Positions 43,750 through 53,614 are shown, numbered from the stretch's first letter. The stretch: DNA of 64,000 nucleotides from an uncultured Bacteroidota bacterium (GCA_903844815.1 CAIMVD010000200.1:28110-92109); one strand, 5' to 3'. The notes: a model not told the origin generated them from the sequence alone. Numbers and translations are program-made.

Positions 43750-44784
43750 TTAACTAATATTTCTTTTTAGAGATGACTGACGTAAAATAAGACTATGTTT
43801 TAAAATAATCGTATTTAAATTAGGTGATTGAGTGTTTCTTAACTTATTTATAAGCAATAAGGCAGCAATTTCACCCATCTCCCTGGCAGGATAATCAACT
43901 GATGTAAGATTAGGTTGAATTACCTGGCTTATTGGTTCGTTATTAAAACCTGCTATAGCAATATCCTCAGGAATTTTAATCCCATTTTTAAGCAGTTCAA
44001 TTATAATAGCCACTGCCGATGTGTCGTTTGATGTAAATATCCCGTCGGGGAGGATTTTCATGCTCAGTATCTTTTTGGCAGTTTCGGTTCCTGACTCTCC
44101 ACTCAAATCGGATAATACAACAAGGTTCTCATCGAAAATGATTTTATTGTCTTTAAGTGCTTGTTTATAGCCTCTGAAACGCTCAGCATAAACATTACTA
44201 AGAAGGTTCCCCCCCAGATGAACTATCTTCCGGCATCCCTGTTCAATTAAATGTGATGTGACCTCATATCCTGCTTTAAAATTATCTATTATAACGCTCA
44301 TGCAACTATTGCACTCTGATATACGGTCGAAAAAGACAAGAGGAATATTCTTATTTAGAATAATATTGAAATGATCGAGGTTCCTGGTATCTAAGGCCAG
44401 TGATACCAATAATCCATCCACCCTGGTGTTGAAGAGTGTGGAAACACATGAAATCTCTTGCTTCACCGACTCCTGCGATGAACTTATTATCAATCCGTAA
44501 CCATGCTGATTGGTCACCTTCTCCATACCGGCAATCACTGTAGCCATGAAATAACTGTTGAGTTTGGGAACTACAACACCTATTGTATTGGTATGCTTTT
44601 GCCTGAGATTGCCTGCAAACTTATTACGCTGGTAACCCATTTCATGAGCTGTTTCCCTGATCCTCTTAATTGTTTCCTTCCTGATACCCGGATTATCTTT
44701 CAACCCCCTGCTTACTGTGGAAGGCGAAATACCAAGAACTTTTGCAATATCATATATGGTGACCTCTTTGTGAATCTTCATCAT
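43750..44784 (-). CDS. LacI-family transcriptional regulator
   Basis: HTH TIYDIAKVLGISPSTVSRGL followed by a periplasmic-binding-protein fold. The start is set to the internal ATG at 44784 or 44781. The 88 upstream codons in the ORF track have no LacI counterpart. Confidence 0.85.
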   Translation of the reverse strand: MMKIHKEVTIYDIAKVLGISPSTVSRGLKDNPGIRKETIKRIRETAHEMGYQRNKFAGNLRQKHTNTIGVVVPKLNSYFMATVIAGMEKVTNQHGYGLIISSSQESVKQEISCVSTLFNTRVDGLLVSLALDTRNLDHFNIILNKNIPLVFFDRISECNSCMSVIIDNFKAGYEVTSHLIEQGCRKIVHLGGNLLSNVYAERFRGYKQALKDNKIIFDENLVVLSDLSGESGTETAKKILSMKILPDGIFTSNDTSAVAIIIELLKNGIKIPEDIAIAGFNNEPISQVIQPNLTSVDYPAREMGEIAALLLINKLRNTQSPNLNTIILKHSLILRQSSLKRNIS

Positions 44785-44847
44785 TATTGAGATAATACAC
44801 AAAAGTAAAATAAATAGAGAAAAAAATGGAAATAAAACCGGTTTTTT

Positions 44848-44861
44848 TGCAATCGGTTGCA
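44848..44861. promoter_or_regulatory. Candidate LacI-family operator TGCAATCGGTTGCA (site 1)
   Basis: 14-bp near-palindrome with a central CG (13 of 14 positions symmetric), 64 bp upstream of lacI. It is identical to the site at 45124. Confidence 0.55.
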
Positions 44862-45123
44862 ACAATCTTTTAAAAAACACTTTGTCTGATTGTCTCAATG
44901 TTTTCAGCCTTACCAGATCTATATTACAGAGCAAGTGACTTCTCCTTGAAATGTTACAGACACTAAGGAAAAATGTTAATTGCCTGAACAGGTGTGTTAC
45001 GAATGACGGAAACCTGGTTGTATAATATACTCTGGCCACTATGGACATATTAATAAGAGAAGCTGAAATAATACCGTACTAATTGTCACATGCCATAAAT
45101 ATTAACATTTTTTAATTATTTCC

Positions 45124-45137
45124 TGCAATCGGTTGCA
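45124..45137. promoter_or_regulatory. Candidate LacI-family operator TGCAATCGGTTGCA (site 2)
   Basis: Identical 14-mer, 150 bp upstream of the SusC-like start. Confidence 0.55.
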
Positions 45138-45286
45138 GTTTTTGAGTTTTATTTATATTATTGCAAAATAGAGAAGAAGTTCTTCTGGAGATAATTCTCC
45201 TAAATAAAAAGATGATTTGCCTGATTTTAGAGATTTATTTATTTTCACATTTCGAACCTACTTAATTAACCATTTAATCAAACTCT

Positions 45287-48200
45287 ATGAGAAAACTACT
45301 ACTGACTTTAATCATGCTGGTGGGGTTTGCAGGAATTGCACTGGCACAAAAAACTGTTACCGGTATTGTAACAGGGGAGGACAAAACTCCTCTGCCTGGA
45401 GTCTCGGTAATTGTTAAGGGGACCACTGTTGGTACTCTTACAAATGCAGACGGAGGTTTCAGTGTCACGGTTCCTGTTGACGGGAAAATTCTTATATTCT
45501 CCTTCGTCGGGATGAAATCGTATGAAGCTGAGATAGGAACACTAATGAAAATTGATGTTCAGCTTTCAAGTGATGTGAGTTTACTTGATGAAGTTGTTGT
45601 TGTCGGCTACGGAACCATGAGAAAGAAAGACCTTACGGGTGCTGTCTCCTCAGTGAAACCTGCCAGTCTTGAGAACCAGAAACCTCAGACTGTACAGGAC
45701 ATACTTCGCGGAAATGTTGCTGGTCTGAGTGTCAGCTTTTCGACAAACGCCAAAGGAGGCGGGTCGATGGAGATAAGGGGTGATAATACCCTTAAAACAA
45801 CATCTGCTCCTTTAATTGTACTCGATGGCGTGATTTACCAGGGTGGCATGGAGGATATAAATCCCAATGACATTGAAACGATTGACGTTCTGAAGGATGC
45901 CTCATCGGCTGCCATTTTTGGTTCCAGATCAGCGAATGGGGTAATTATAATCAGTACCAAGAAAGGTAAAGAAGGTAAACCTCTTATCAACATCAATTCG
46001 AGTGTTGGGCTGGCTACAATGGCAACCCTTGAACCTGTGCACGATCCTTATGATTTTATCAACTGGCGAACAGATGTAATGAAGTCGCTGAATTATTACA
46101 ATGCAGCTACTAATACAAAGCTTTACAAATTTAATGATCCAGCTTCACTGCCCGATGGTGTTACAGAAGAGATGTGGCGTGATGGTTCAACAGGAGAGGT
46201 TAAAGACATCTGGCTCTCCCGTCTTGGGCTTCTTCCGCTTGAAATTACAAATTATAAAGCCGGAACGCCGGTTGACTGGACTGGTATGGTGTTCCAGAAC
46301 GGATTGCGTCAGGATCATAATCTTTCTATTTCAGGGAAGAAAAACGACGTGAATTATTATGTGTCGGTAGGCTATAATAAAAATGAAGGTATCGTTGTTG
46401 GTGATGAGTTTACAACGATCAGATCGAGAATTAATCTGGATGCCGAAATTACCAAATGGCTGAAAATCGGAATAAACACTCAATTTGCCAACCGCGATGA
46501 GAGTCATCTAAACTCAAATTTTGCAAATACAAGTGCTAACCCGACAGTCAACGCAGCCTGGGGCTTAAGGGTAAATAACTCTCCGTGGGGTTCCATCTAT
46601 AATAATGACGGAAAGACCATCAGGATCAGTCCTGTTGACGATCTGGGCCGGGGTGCAAAATATCCTCTTTATGATATGATGTTCCAGAATCGTTTCCGGG
46701 TTTATAATACCCTTAATAACAATTTATTTGCTAAACTTACTCTTCCACTGGGTATCACCTACGAGTTGAACTTTTCTCCGAGGTTTCAGTTCTATAAATA
46801 TTACAACCATCAGTCAGCCCTTCACGAAGAGTGGGCAAAATTTGGTGGCCAGGCTAACCGCGAAGAGAGTACAATTTACAGTTGGCAGGTAGATAACATT
46901 ATAAAGTGGAACAAAACAATTAAAGAGGACCATTTAGTCGATTTCACTTTCCTTTTTAATGCTGAAAAGTTTCAGAGCTGGCAGAGTGCTATGTCGACAC
47001 AGGGATTTTCCCCGACTGATGCCCTGGGATATCACAACATGAGCGCCGGTAAGAGCACAGCAAATTCTGTTTACAGTAATGATGAGTACAGCACGGGAGA
47101 TGCACTGATGGCACGAATTCTTTATTCATTCCGCGGAAAGTATATGTTCACCGGTTCCATACGACGCGACGGTTATTCGGCATTCGGACTTAAATATCCC
47201 CGTGGTACTTTTCCTTCATTAGCTGTTGGCTGGGTGATGTCGGAAGAGAATTTTATCAAAAACGATATTCTTACTTATGCGAAACTCCGCATTTCATGGG
47301 GAGAAAATGGTAACAGGGAAGTGGGAATGTATGATGCCCTCTCCTCAATGAGTATTGGAAAATATCCTTATCAGACACTCACCGGGACAATATATGAAAG
47401 TAATCAGCTTTATGTAAACAGGATGGCCAATCCAAATCTTAAGTGGGAAAAAGGAAGATCTCTTAACTTCGGATTTGATTATGGTTTCCTCGGTGGACTG
47501 TTTGATGGATCAATTGAATATTACAAGATGAATACACTTGATCTGCTGGTCGACCGCAAGCTTCCAGACCTTCTTGGATTCAGCTCAGTAGCATCCAATC
47601 TTGGTGAGCTTGAGAATAATGGTATTGAGTTTACCTTTAATGCAAGGGTAATGGATAAGCAGAATTTCAAGTGGAGGAGCGGTTTCAATATCTCTTACAA
47701 CAAAAACAAGATAATTCACCTTTATGGAGATATGGTTAATGTTACAGATGCTTCCGGCAATGTAATTGGTCAGAAGGAGGGAGATGATCCGACTAATGGC
47801 TGGTTTATCGGACACCCGATAAGTGAGATATGGCAGCCTAAAATTATGGGCGTTTGGCAGATAGGACAGGAAGCAGATGCCATAAAATATGGCCAGTACC
47901 CGGGTGACTTCCAACTAGAAGATGTTAATGCTGATGGCAAAATCAACCAGCTCGACAATCAGTTCCAGGGACAGACAGAACCTTTGGTTCGCTGGTATTT
48001 ACGCGAGGAATTCAATATTTATAGAAATTTTGATGTCTCTTTCTCCGTATATTCAAATATGGGACATTATGGAACCTATAATGTTGCAAAAAACCGTGAG
48101 AACTTTCCGGAAAGGGTAAACCAGTATGTTACTCCTTACTGGACTCCTGAAAATCCTCTTAACGACTATGCCCGCATCTATTCAAACGAAGGAGGTGCTG

Positions 48201-48424
48201 TTTTCAATGTCTATCGCGACAGAACTTTTATCAGGCTCGACAACTTCAGCGTGGCATATACACTTCCGTCATCAATTTGTCAGAAAATAAAGGTTGTTAA
48301 CCTGAAGATTTATGGTACTGTCAATAATGTAGCATACTGGGCACCAAACTGGTTGTTCTGGGATCCTGAAGAAAGCGGCCCTAATCCAAGGAACTTCACC
48401 ATTGGGATAAATCTCACATTATAA
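45287..48424 (+). CDS. SusC-like TonB-dependent outer-membrane transporter
   Basis: Signal peptide, a carboxypeptidase-regulatory-like domain (VTGIVTGEDKTPLPGVSVIVKGTTVGTLTNADGGF), the TonB-box region DEVVVVGYG, and a 1045-aa barrel. Confidence 0.92.
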   Translation: MRKLLLTLIMLVGFAGIALAQKTVTGIVTGEDKTPLPGVSVIVKGTTVGTLTNADGGFSVTVPVDGKILIFSFVGMKSYEAEIGTLMKIDVQLSSDVSLLDEVVVVGYGTMRKKDLTGAVSSVKPASLENQKPQTVQDILRGNVAGLSVSFSTNAKGGGSMEIRGDNTLKTTSAPLIVLDGVIYQGGMEDINPNDIETIDVLKDASSAAIFGSRSANGVIIISTKKGKEGKPLININSSVGLATMATLEPVHDPYDFINWRTDVMKSLNYYNAATNTKLYKFNDPASLPDGVTEEMWRDGSTGEVKDIWLSRLGLLPLEITNYKAGTPVDWTGMVFQNGLRQDHNLSISGKKNDVNYYVSVGYNKNEGIVVGDEFTTIRSRINLDAEITKWLKIGINTQFANRDESHLNSNFANTSANPTVNAAWGLRVNNSPWGSIYNNDGKTIRISPVDDLGRGAKYPLYDMMFQNRFRVYNTLNNNLFAKLTLPLGITYELNFSPRFQFYKYYNHQSALHEEWAKFGGQANREESTIYSWQVDNIIKWNKTIKEDHLVDFTFLFNAEKFQSWQSAMSTQGFSPTDALGYHNMSAGKSTANSVYSNDEYSTGDALMARILYSFRGKYMFTGSIRRDGYSAFGLKYPRGTFPSLAVGWVMSEENFIKNDILTYAKLRISWGENGNREVGMYDALSSMSIGKYPYQTLTGTIYESNQLYVNRMANPNLKWEKGRSLNFGFDYGFLGGLFDGSIEYYKMNTLDLLVDRKLPDLLGFSSVASNLGELENNGIEFTFNARVMDKQNFKWRSGFNISYNKNKIIHLYGDMVNVTDASGNVIGQKEGDDPTNGWFIGHPISEIWQPKIMGVWQIGQEADAIKYGQYPGDFQLEDVNADGKINQLDNQFQGQTEPLVRWYLREEFNIYRNFDVSFSVYSNMGHYGTYNVAKNRENFPERVNQYVTPYWTPENPLNDYARIYSNEGGAVFNVYRDRTFIRLDNFSVAYTLPSSICQKIKVVNLKIYGTVNNVAYWAPNWLFWDPEESGPNPRNFTIGINLTL

Positions 48425-48446
48425 TTTACATTTAAAACACAGATCT

Positions 48447-50327
48447 ATGAAATCAAATAATATAAAAAGATCTATTCGTATATTAATACTCATCCCGCTG
48501 ACATTCTGGATGGTGAGTTGTACTGATGAATGGCTTGAACCAAATCCGCTGTCTATCTTTACTCCGGAAAATGCTTTTATCGATTCCAGGGGGATGTATG
48601 GCGCGCTTACAGCATGCGAAAGAAATATCCGATATGAGTTTTACGGTGATGGTGCACCTATGATTACCGAACTCCTCTTTTCTGAAGTATGTGTGGAAGG
48701 TACGACTGATAAGCCTGGCCCTGCTATGAATCTGAATATTCAGATCACACCAAGTTCACAGCTGAACAATGTTGATTATAACAGGATTGGCTGGTTCTGG
48801 CTCGAATATTACAATGGAATTAAATACTCAAACGTGGTCATTTCCAGGATTGATAATACAAAATGGACTTCCGAAACTGAAAGGAATGCTGTATTAGGTT
48901 CAGCGTACTTTCACAGGGCATACCGATATTATCGTCTGACTCAGCAATTTGGTGACGTTCCATTTATTGGAAAGGAGATTACAGAACCTAAACTCGACCT
49001 GGCTACAACAAAGAGGGAAGTCATTCTTGAAAAAATCAAAAAAGACATGGAATATGCTTCTACATGGTGTCTGGATAATGTTGACCGCGGTCGTGTTACG
49101 AAGGGAGCTTGCCAGCACCTGCTTTCGAAGATTTGTCTTGCATTGGGTGATTTTGACGGAGCTATAGCTGCTGCAAATTCTGTTATTGACGGAGGTGTAT
49201 ACAGTCTTATGAAGACTAATTTCGGTTCTGTCCCAAAGGAAGAAGGCGACTATCTGGCAAAACTAGGTATTGTCAGGGATGATGTTGTTTCAAGACTGCA
49301 CTGGTGGGCAAATAAAGCAATTGCTGCAAACAAGGAGGTACTATTCATGGTTCTGTCGAAAGAAGACCTTATTGAATCCCGGCTTGACCTTCAGATTATG
49401 CGACAGGCTGTCCCATTCTGGGGTGTATCTAATGCTAACTTCCTGAGGACTCCTGATGGGAAAGGCCCGGGAACTTCGGATCTTGCAGCGCAGGATATCA
49501 AGCTGGTTGAGACTTTTGGCCGGGGAATTGGCCGTGCACGTGGAACCAATTATTCTACAAGAAAAATATGGGATGACCCAAATGATCTGAGACATAAACG
49601 GTACAACTGGATGAATATGGAGGATCTTGTGTACAACCATCCCAACCTGAAAACAAATCCTTATTACAATAAACCACTTCAGTTAAAGGATGCGACAGGC
49701 AAGGTTCTTACAACAGATACAATTCGTAACTGGTTTGGCTGGCCTCATTACAAATTATACAATCCTGATCCCAGAAGGATACAACCACAGGGAGGATCTT
49801 ACGACTGGTATGTATATCGTTTGGCTGAAACCTATCTTCAACGTGCGGAAGCATATTGGTGGAAAGGTGATATTTCAAATGCGATGGCTGATGTTAATAC
49901 TATCAGAACAAGGGCAGGATGTGCTCCATATACTGATGTTTCAAAATTTGATATTGGGACTATTCTCGATGAACGTGCACGCGAACTCTTCTGGGAAGAG
50001 CCAAGAAAAACTGAGTTATCGAGGATCGCATTTCTTTTTGCCAAAACAGGAAAATCCTATAAAGGAACCAGCTACACCACAGCTGATTTTGGGACCAAGA
50101 ATTTCTACTTTGACAGGATTATGGAGAAAACCGACTGGTACAATAAGGGGGTGAAAGCCAATAACGGTCAGCAATATACAATGAGTGCATACCATGTGCT
50201 ATGGCCAATTCCTCAGGCTTCAATCCAATCGAATACCCAGGGCATAATCAATCAGAATTTTGGCTACTCCGGTTATGAAAATAATGTTCCTCCGCTTACT
50301 GTAATTCCAATTGAGGACGATATTTAA
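48447..50327 (+). CDS. SusD/RagB-family surface glycan-binding lipoprotein
   Basis: Lipobox WMVSC. Immediately downstream of SusC. Its length and TPR-like composition are typical of SusD. Confidence 0.85.
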   Translation: MKSNNIKRSIRILILIPLTFWMVSCTDEWLEPNPLSIFTPENAFIDSRGMYGALTACERNIRYEFYGDGAPMITELLFSEVCVEGTTDKPGPAMNLNIQITPSSQLNNVDYNRIGWFWLEYYNGIKYSNVVISRIDNTKWTSETERNAVLGSAYFHRAYRYYRLTQQFGDVPFIGKEITEPKLDLATTKREVILEKIKKDMEYASTWCLDNVDRGRVTKGACQHLLSKICLALGDFDGAIAAANSVIDGGVYSLMKTNFGSVPKEEGDYLAKLGIVRDDVVSRLHWWANKAIAANKEVLFMVLSKEDLIESRLDLQIMRQAVPFWGVSNANFLRTPDGKGPGTSDLAAQDIKLVETFGRGIGRARGTNYSTRKIWDDPNDLRHKRYNWMNMEDLVYNHPNLKTNPYYNKPLQLKDATGKVLTTDTIRNWFGWPHYKLYNPDPRRIQPQGGSYDWYVYRLAETYLQRAEAYWWKGDISNAMADVNTIRTRAGCAPYTDVSKFDIGTILDERARELFWEEPRKTELSRIAFLFAKTGKSYKGTSYTTADFGTKNFYFDRIMEKTDWYNKGVKANNGQQYTMSAYHVLWPIPQASIQSNTQGIINQNFGYSGYENNVPPLTVIPIEDDI

Positions 50328-50376
50328 ATAATATGTTAAGGAATTAGTTTTAATGCTATATTTCCAATAGATTTAG

Positions 50377-50406
50377 TTCCGGTACGACAGAGATGTCGTA
50401 CCGGAA
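50377..50406 (+). terminator. Perfect 12-bp stem hairpin between susD-like and downstream genes (attenuator or terminator candidate)
   Basis: ttccggtacgac agagat gtcgtaccggaa. It is followed only by tt, so there is no strong U-tract. Confidence 0.4.
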
Positions 50407-50440
50407 TTGATTCTAAATACTATTTCAATAATATTATACC

Positions 50441-51820
50441 ATGAAAAGAAGAAAATTTATTTCAAATTCGATAGCTGCTGCTACAGGAGTTGTGATAATG
50501 CCAACTATTGTCCCATCAACCGTTTTCGGCAAGAATGCTCCAAGTGAAAGGATAAATATTGGTCAGATTGGTTTTGGAAGGATTGCCATGACTCACGACC
50601 TTCCTGAAACGATGGATTATGATGTGTCAAGGGTTGTTGCAGTTGCTGACGTCGACACCGTAAGGGCTGCAAAAGGGAAACAGTTTATTGAGGATTTCTA
50701 CTCGAAAAAAACCGGAAATAAGAACTATATAAATGTAAAAACTTATGGCGACTATCGTGAAATCCTTGCCGACAGCAGCATTGATGCCGTGATCATTTCA
50801 ACTCCTGACCACTGGCATGCCCAACCGGCCATCGAAGCCGCAATTGCAGGAAAAGACATTTATGTTCAGAAACCTACATCTCTGACAATTAAAGAGGGAA
50901 GGCTCCTGAGCGATGTTGTTCAACGGAAAAAGGTAATCCTGCAGGTGGGAACACAGCAACGGGCTATGTCGCAGTTCAGAATTGCCGCCGAACTGGTCAG
51001 GAATGGCAGAATAGGCAAGCTGCATACGGTTAAGATAGGACTGCCAGGTGATCCGGCCGGACCCGAAACAACTGAAATGCCAATTCCAAAAAATCTTAAC
51101 TATCAGGCATGGCTCGGATCAACACCTGAAGTTTACTACACTGAAACACGGGTTCATCCACAGAACAGTATGACTGATCGACCCGGATGGCTGCGTTGCG
51201 AACAATTCGGAGCAGGCATGATAACAGGCTGGGGACAGCATCATTTTGATTCAGCTGCCTGGGGAATGGATACTGAGTTAACTGGTCCTATATCAGTTCA
51301 GACAATAGCTGAATTCCCAAAATTGGGAATGTGGGATGTCCACGGGGATTTTATGGCTAAAGCAGAATACGAGAACGGAATAACAATGTATACAAGTGGA
51401 GGTTATCCAAATGGAATACGATACGAAGGTACAGAAGGCTGGATTTTTGTAACTCGCGGATCGTATACTGCTTCTCCCACTGATCCTGTCGTTTCAGGAA
51501 GAAATTCAAAAGCTCTCGATGCAAGCGATCCTAAAATTCTTACATCGGTAATAAAGGAAAACGAAATTCATCTTTATAAAATCGATAACCAGCATGGGAA
51601 CTGGCTTGATTGTATAAAATCGCGTAAAGAGCCTGTTTCTCCGGTTGAGATCGGTCACCGCGCATGCACTGTTTGTCTGGTTACTCACATTAGCATGAAA
51701 CTTGAAAGAAAACTTACATGGAACCCTGAGAAAGAGGTTTTTGTGAATGACAATGAGGCTAATGCCATGCTATCAAGGGCACAGCGTGCACCTTACGGAA
51801 CTGATTATATTAAATTGTAA
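50441..51820 (+). CDS. Gfo/Idh/MocA-family oxidoreductase with twin-arginine signal
   Basis: TAT motif KRRKFISNSIAAATG. Family signatures INIGQIGFGRI, TPDHWH and VQKP. Confidence 0.85.
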   Translation: MKRRKFISNSIAAATGVVIMPTIVPSTVFGKNAPSERINIGQIGFGRIAMTHDLPETMDYDVSRVVAVADVDTVRAAKGKQFIEDFYSKKTGNKNYINVKTYGDYREILADSSIDAVIISTPDHWHAQPAIEAAIAGKDIYVQKPTSLTIKEGRLLSDVVQRKKVILQVGTQQRAMSQFRIAAELVRNGRIGKLHTVKIGLPGDPAGPETTEMPIPKNLNYQAWLGSTPEVYYTETRVHPQNSMTDRPGWLRCEQFGAGMITGWGQHHFDSAAWGMDTELTGPISVQTIAEFPKLGMWDVHGDFMAKAEYENGITMYTSGGYPNGIRYEGTEGWIFVTRGSYTASPTDPVVSGRNSKALDASDPKILTSVIKENEIHLYKIDNQHGNWLDCIKSRKEPVSPVEIGHRACTVCLVTHISMKLERKLTWNPEKEVFVNDNEANAMLSRAQRAPYGTDYIKL

Positions 51821-51836
51821 TTATTCTTTTGAAAAA

Positions 51837-52739
51837 ATGAAAAAACTCTGGTTTGCGACTTTGACAGTTGCCTGTTTGATGATTGTGATTCCTCTTTCTG
51901 CCGCAAAGATCACTGCTGTTAAAACAGGCTCAAAAATAAATGTTACAATAGATAATAAATACTTTACAAGCTATATCTTTTCAGACGATGAAAAGTATCC
52001 TTTTTTCTATCCGGTTAACGGTCCTGTCTCAGGAGGATCAGTTACATCTATGCGCAATGGTGAATACCCCCATCATAGCTCGCTGTTTTTCGGATGCGAT
52101 CTTGTTAACGGAGGAAATTACTGGCAGGAAGGTCTGGAAAGAGGCAGGATCATTTCGGTTAATGCTGAAATAAAGAAACAGGGCGGAGATACGCTCATTA
52201 TCACCGATGAGTGTATCTGGAGCCGGCCGGGAGCAATATCCCCGGTTAAAGACACCAGGATTATCACAATCACTGCCCCATCGCCAACTGTCAGTCAGAT
52301 AGATTTTGAAATTACTATTGAGATGCTTATTGATGTAACTATCAAAAAAACAAACCATTCACTATTCAGCGTAAGAATGGCAGCAGATCTGTCAGTAAAA
52401 AACGGCGGTACAATGATAAATGCTGAAGGTCTGATAAGCGAAAAAGCGACTTTCGGAAAAAATTCTCCATGGATGGATTTCTACGGCAAACGCGGAGATG
52501 CAACCGAAGGTCTTGCAATCTTCCAGCATCCTTCCAACCCCTGGTTTCCATCAGCATGGTTCACACGCGATTACGGTTTCATGTCGCCCACACCGATGTA
52601 CTGGCCCGAAAACGGAACTGAAACGACTCTGAAAAAAGGAACTGCTTTAAATCTGCGTTACCGTGTCATGGTACATGCCGGCGACCATAACCAGGCAGGA
52701 ATAGCAGAGGCATTCGAAAAATATAAAAACGAAAAATAA
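51837..52739 (+). CDS. PmoA-family / DUF6807 protein, secreted, function unknown
   Basis: YPFFYPVNGP and HHSSLFFGCDLVNGGNYW resemble the DUF6807 family. Signal peptide from the internal ATG at 51837. It lies 16 bp after the oxidoreductase. Confidence 0.6.
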   Translation: MKKLWFATLTVACLMIVIPLSAAKITAVKTGSKINVTIDNKYFTSYIFSDDEKYPFFYPVNGPVSGGSVTSMRNGEYPHHSSLFFGCDLVNGGNYWQEGLERGRIISVNAEIKKQGGDTLIITDECIWSRPGAISPVKDTRIITITAPSPTVSQIDFEITIEMLIDVTIKKTNHSLFSVRMAADLSVKNGGTMINAEGLISEKATFGKNSPWMDFYGKRGDATEGLAIFQHPSNPWFPSAWFTRDYGFMSPTPMYWPENGTETTLKKGTALNLRYRVMVHAGDHNQAGIAEAFEKYKNEK

Positions 52740-52759
52740 TTGTCAATTTTCATTTTTGA

Positions 52760-52815
52760 TCACTGAGTTGCACAAAATTTCGGGCGGGGAACACAGAGTT
52801 TTACTGTTCATTACT
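52760..52815. repeat. Degenerate CACAGAG/CACTGAG-type element
   Basis: gatcactgagttgcacaaaa...ggaacacagagtttt then ...cttcagtggttc. It has the family words, but the arms are poorly complementary. Confidence 0.35.
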
Positions 52816-52852
52816 TCAGTGGTTCTCTTGGGTCCCGGGTGGAGATATTCAT

Positions 52853-53554
52853 TTAAAGATTCTTCTCCTTCACTTTACGATAGATACAATCCTTCATATC
52901 GCAAATACGGCAGGTATAGGAATTGCTGCGGACCTCTCTTCCAATACCAATTATTCCGCTAATGGATTTTTCGGGACTCATAAGGGCAGATTCGGTCAAC
53001 CTTATTTCGCAAAAATTATCAGGAATAAGCTGAAATAATTTATGCTGTTCTGCCACATCCCATCCGCAATACCCGGGGCTGTAACGATTAGTTATCTTCA
53101 ATCCTTCGGAAGCAGCGGCCTGTTCGAGCTTATCCTGCATCAGATCAGCAGCAGACTCAACAACTTCACTTCCTATTACATCATAAATATAACCTTTCAG
53201 AAAATCTCTATCCTGCATAGCTTTTCTGCTTCTGATTCCAATCTCATCACCGGCAGTACATAAAAAGAGCGCTGCAGAATCAGATTTCTTTATCTGTCCG
53301 AATACTATCTTTTTAATATCAAAACTGATACCTTCTATATTTACTGATCTGGAGTTTTTGTCAAAACTGACATCATTGAAAACGGAATACTGTGCCTTTA
53401 CTGAACAAATCTTCTGGGATTCAATTAACAGTTCATCAATAAGATCCATAACAAAAGTACGGTCGTCACCCTCAGTATATCCAAGGACATTCTCAATCTG
53501 TGAAACAGTGATTTTCAAATCCTTAAAGTCAAATTGATACGTCATGGCCCGCAT
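52853..53554 (-). CDS. stand-alone MetH-type reactivation (AdoMet-binding) domain protein
   Basis: RYSPGYCGWDVAEQHKLF...IRLTESALMSPEKSISG aligns with the E. coli MetH C-terminal RPAPGYPACPEH...LTESFAMWPGASVSG. There is an extra C-terminal CRICDMKDC motif. Confidence 0.7.
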   Translation of the reverse strand: MRAMTYQFDFKDLKITVSQIENVLGYTEGDDRTFVMDLIDELLIESQKICSVKAQYSVFNDVSFDKNSRSVNIEGISFDIKKIVFGQIKKSDSAALFLCTAGDEIGIRSRKAMQDRDFLKGYIYDVIGSEVVESAADLMQDKLEQAAASEGLKITNRYSPGYCGWDVAEQHKLFQLIPDNFCEIRLTESALMSPEKSISGIIGIGREVRSNSYTCRICDMKDCIYRKVKEKNL

Positions 53555-53614
53555 AGTAAAGAAATTTACTTAAAGATACATATTGAATCTGAGAAGTCGG
53601 TTGTGTAATTAGCC

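Noticed and set aside
45245-45262. ttcgaacc-type strings reminiscent of a tRNA T-arm (also inside the coding regions near 19511 and 53955)
   Set aside because: No acceptor-stem complementarity, D-arm or anticodon-arm structure lies around them. I could not support any tRNA in the window.
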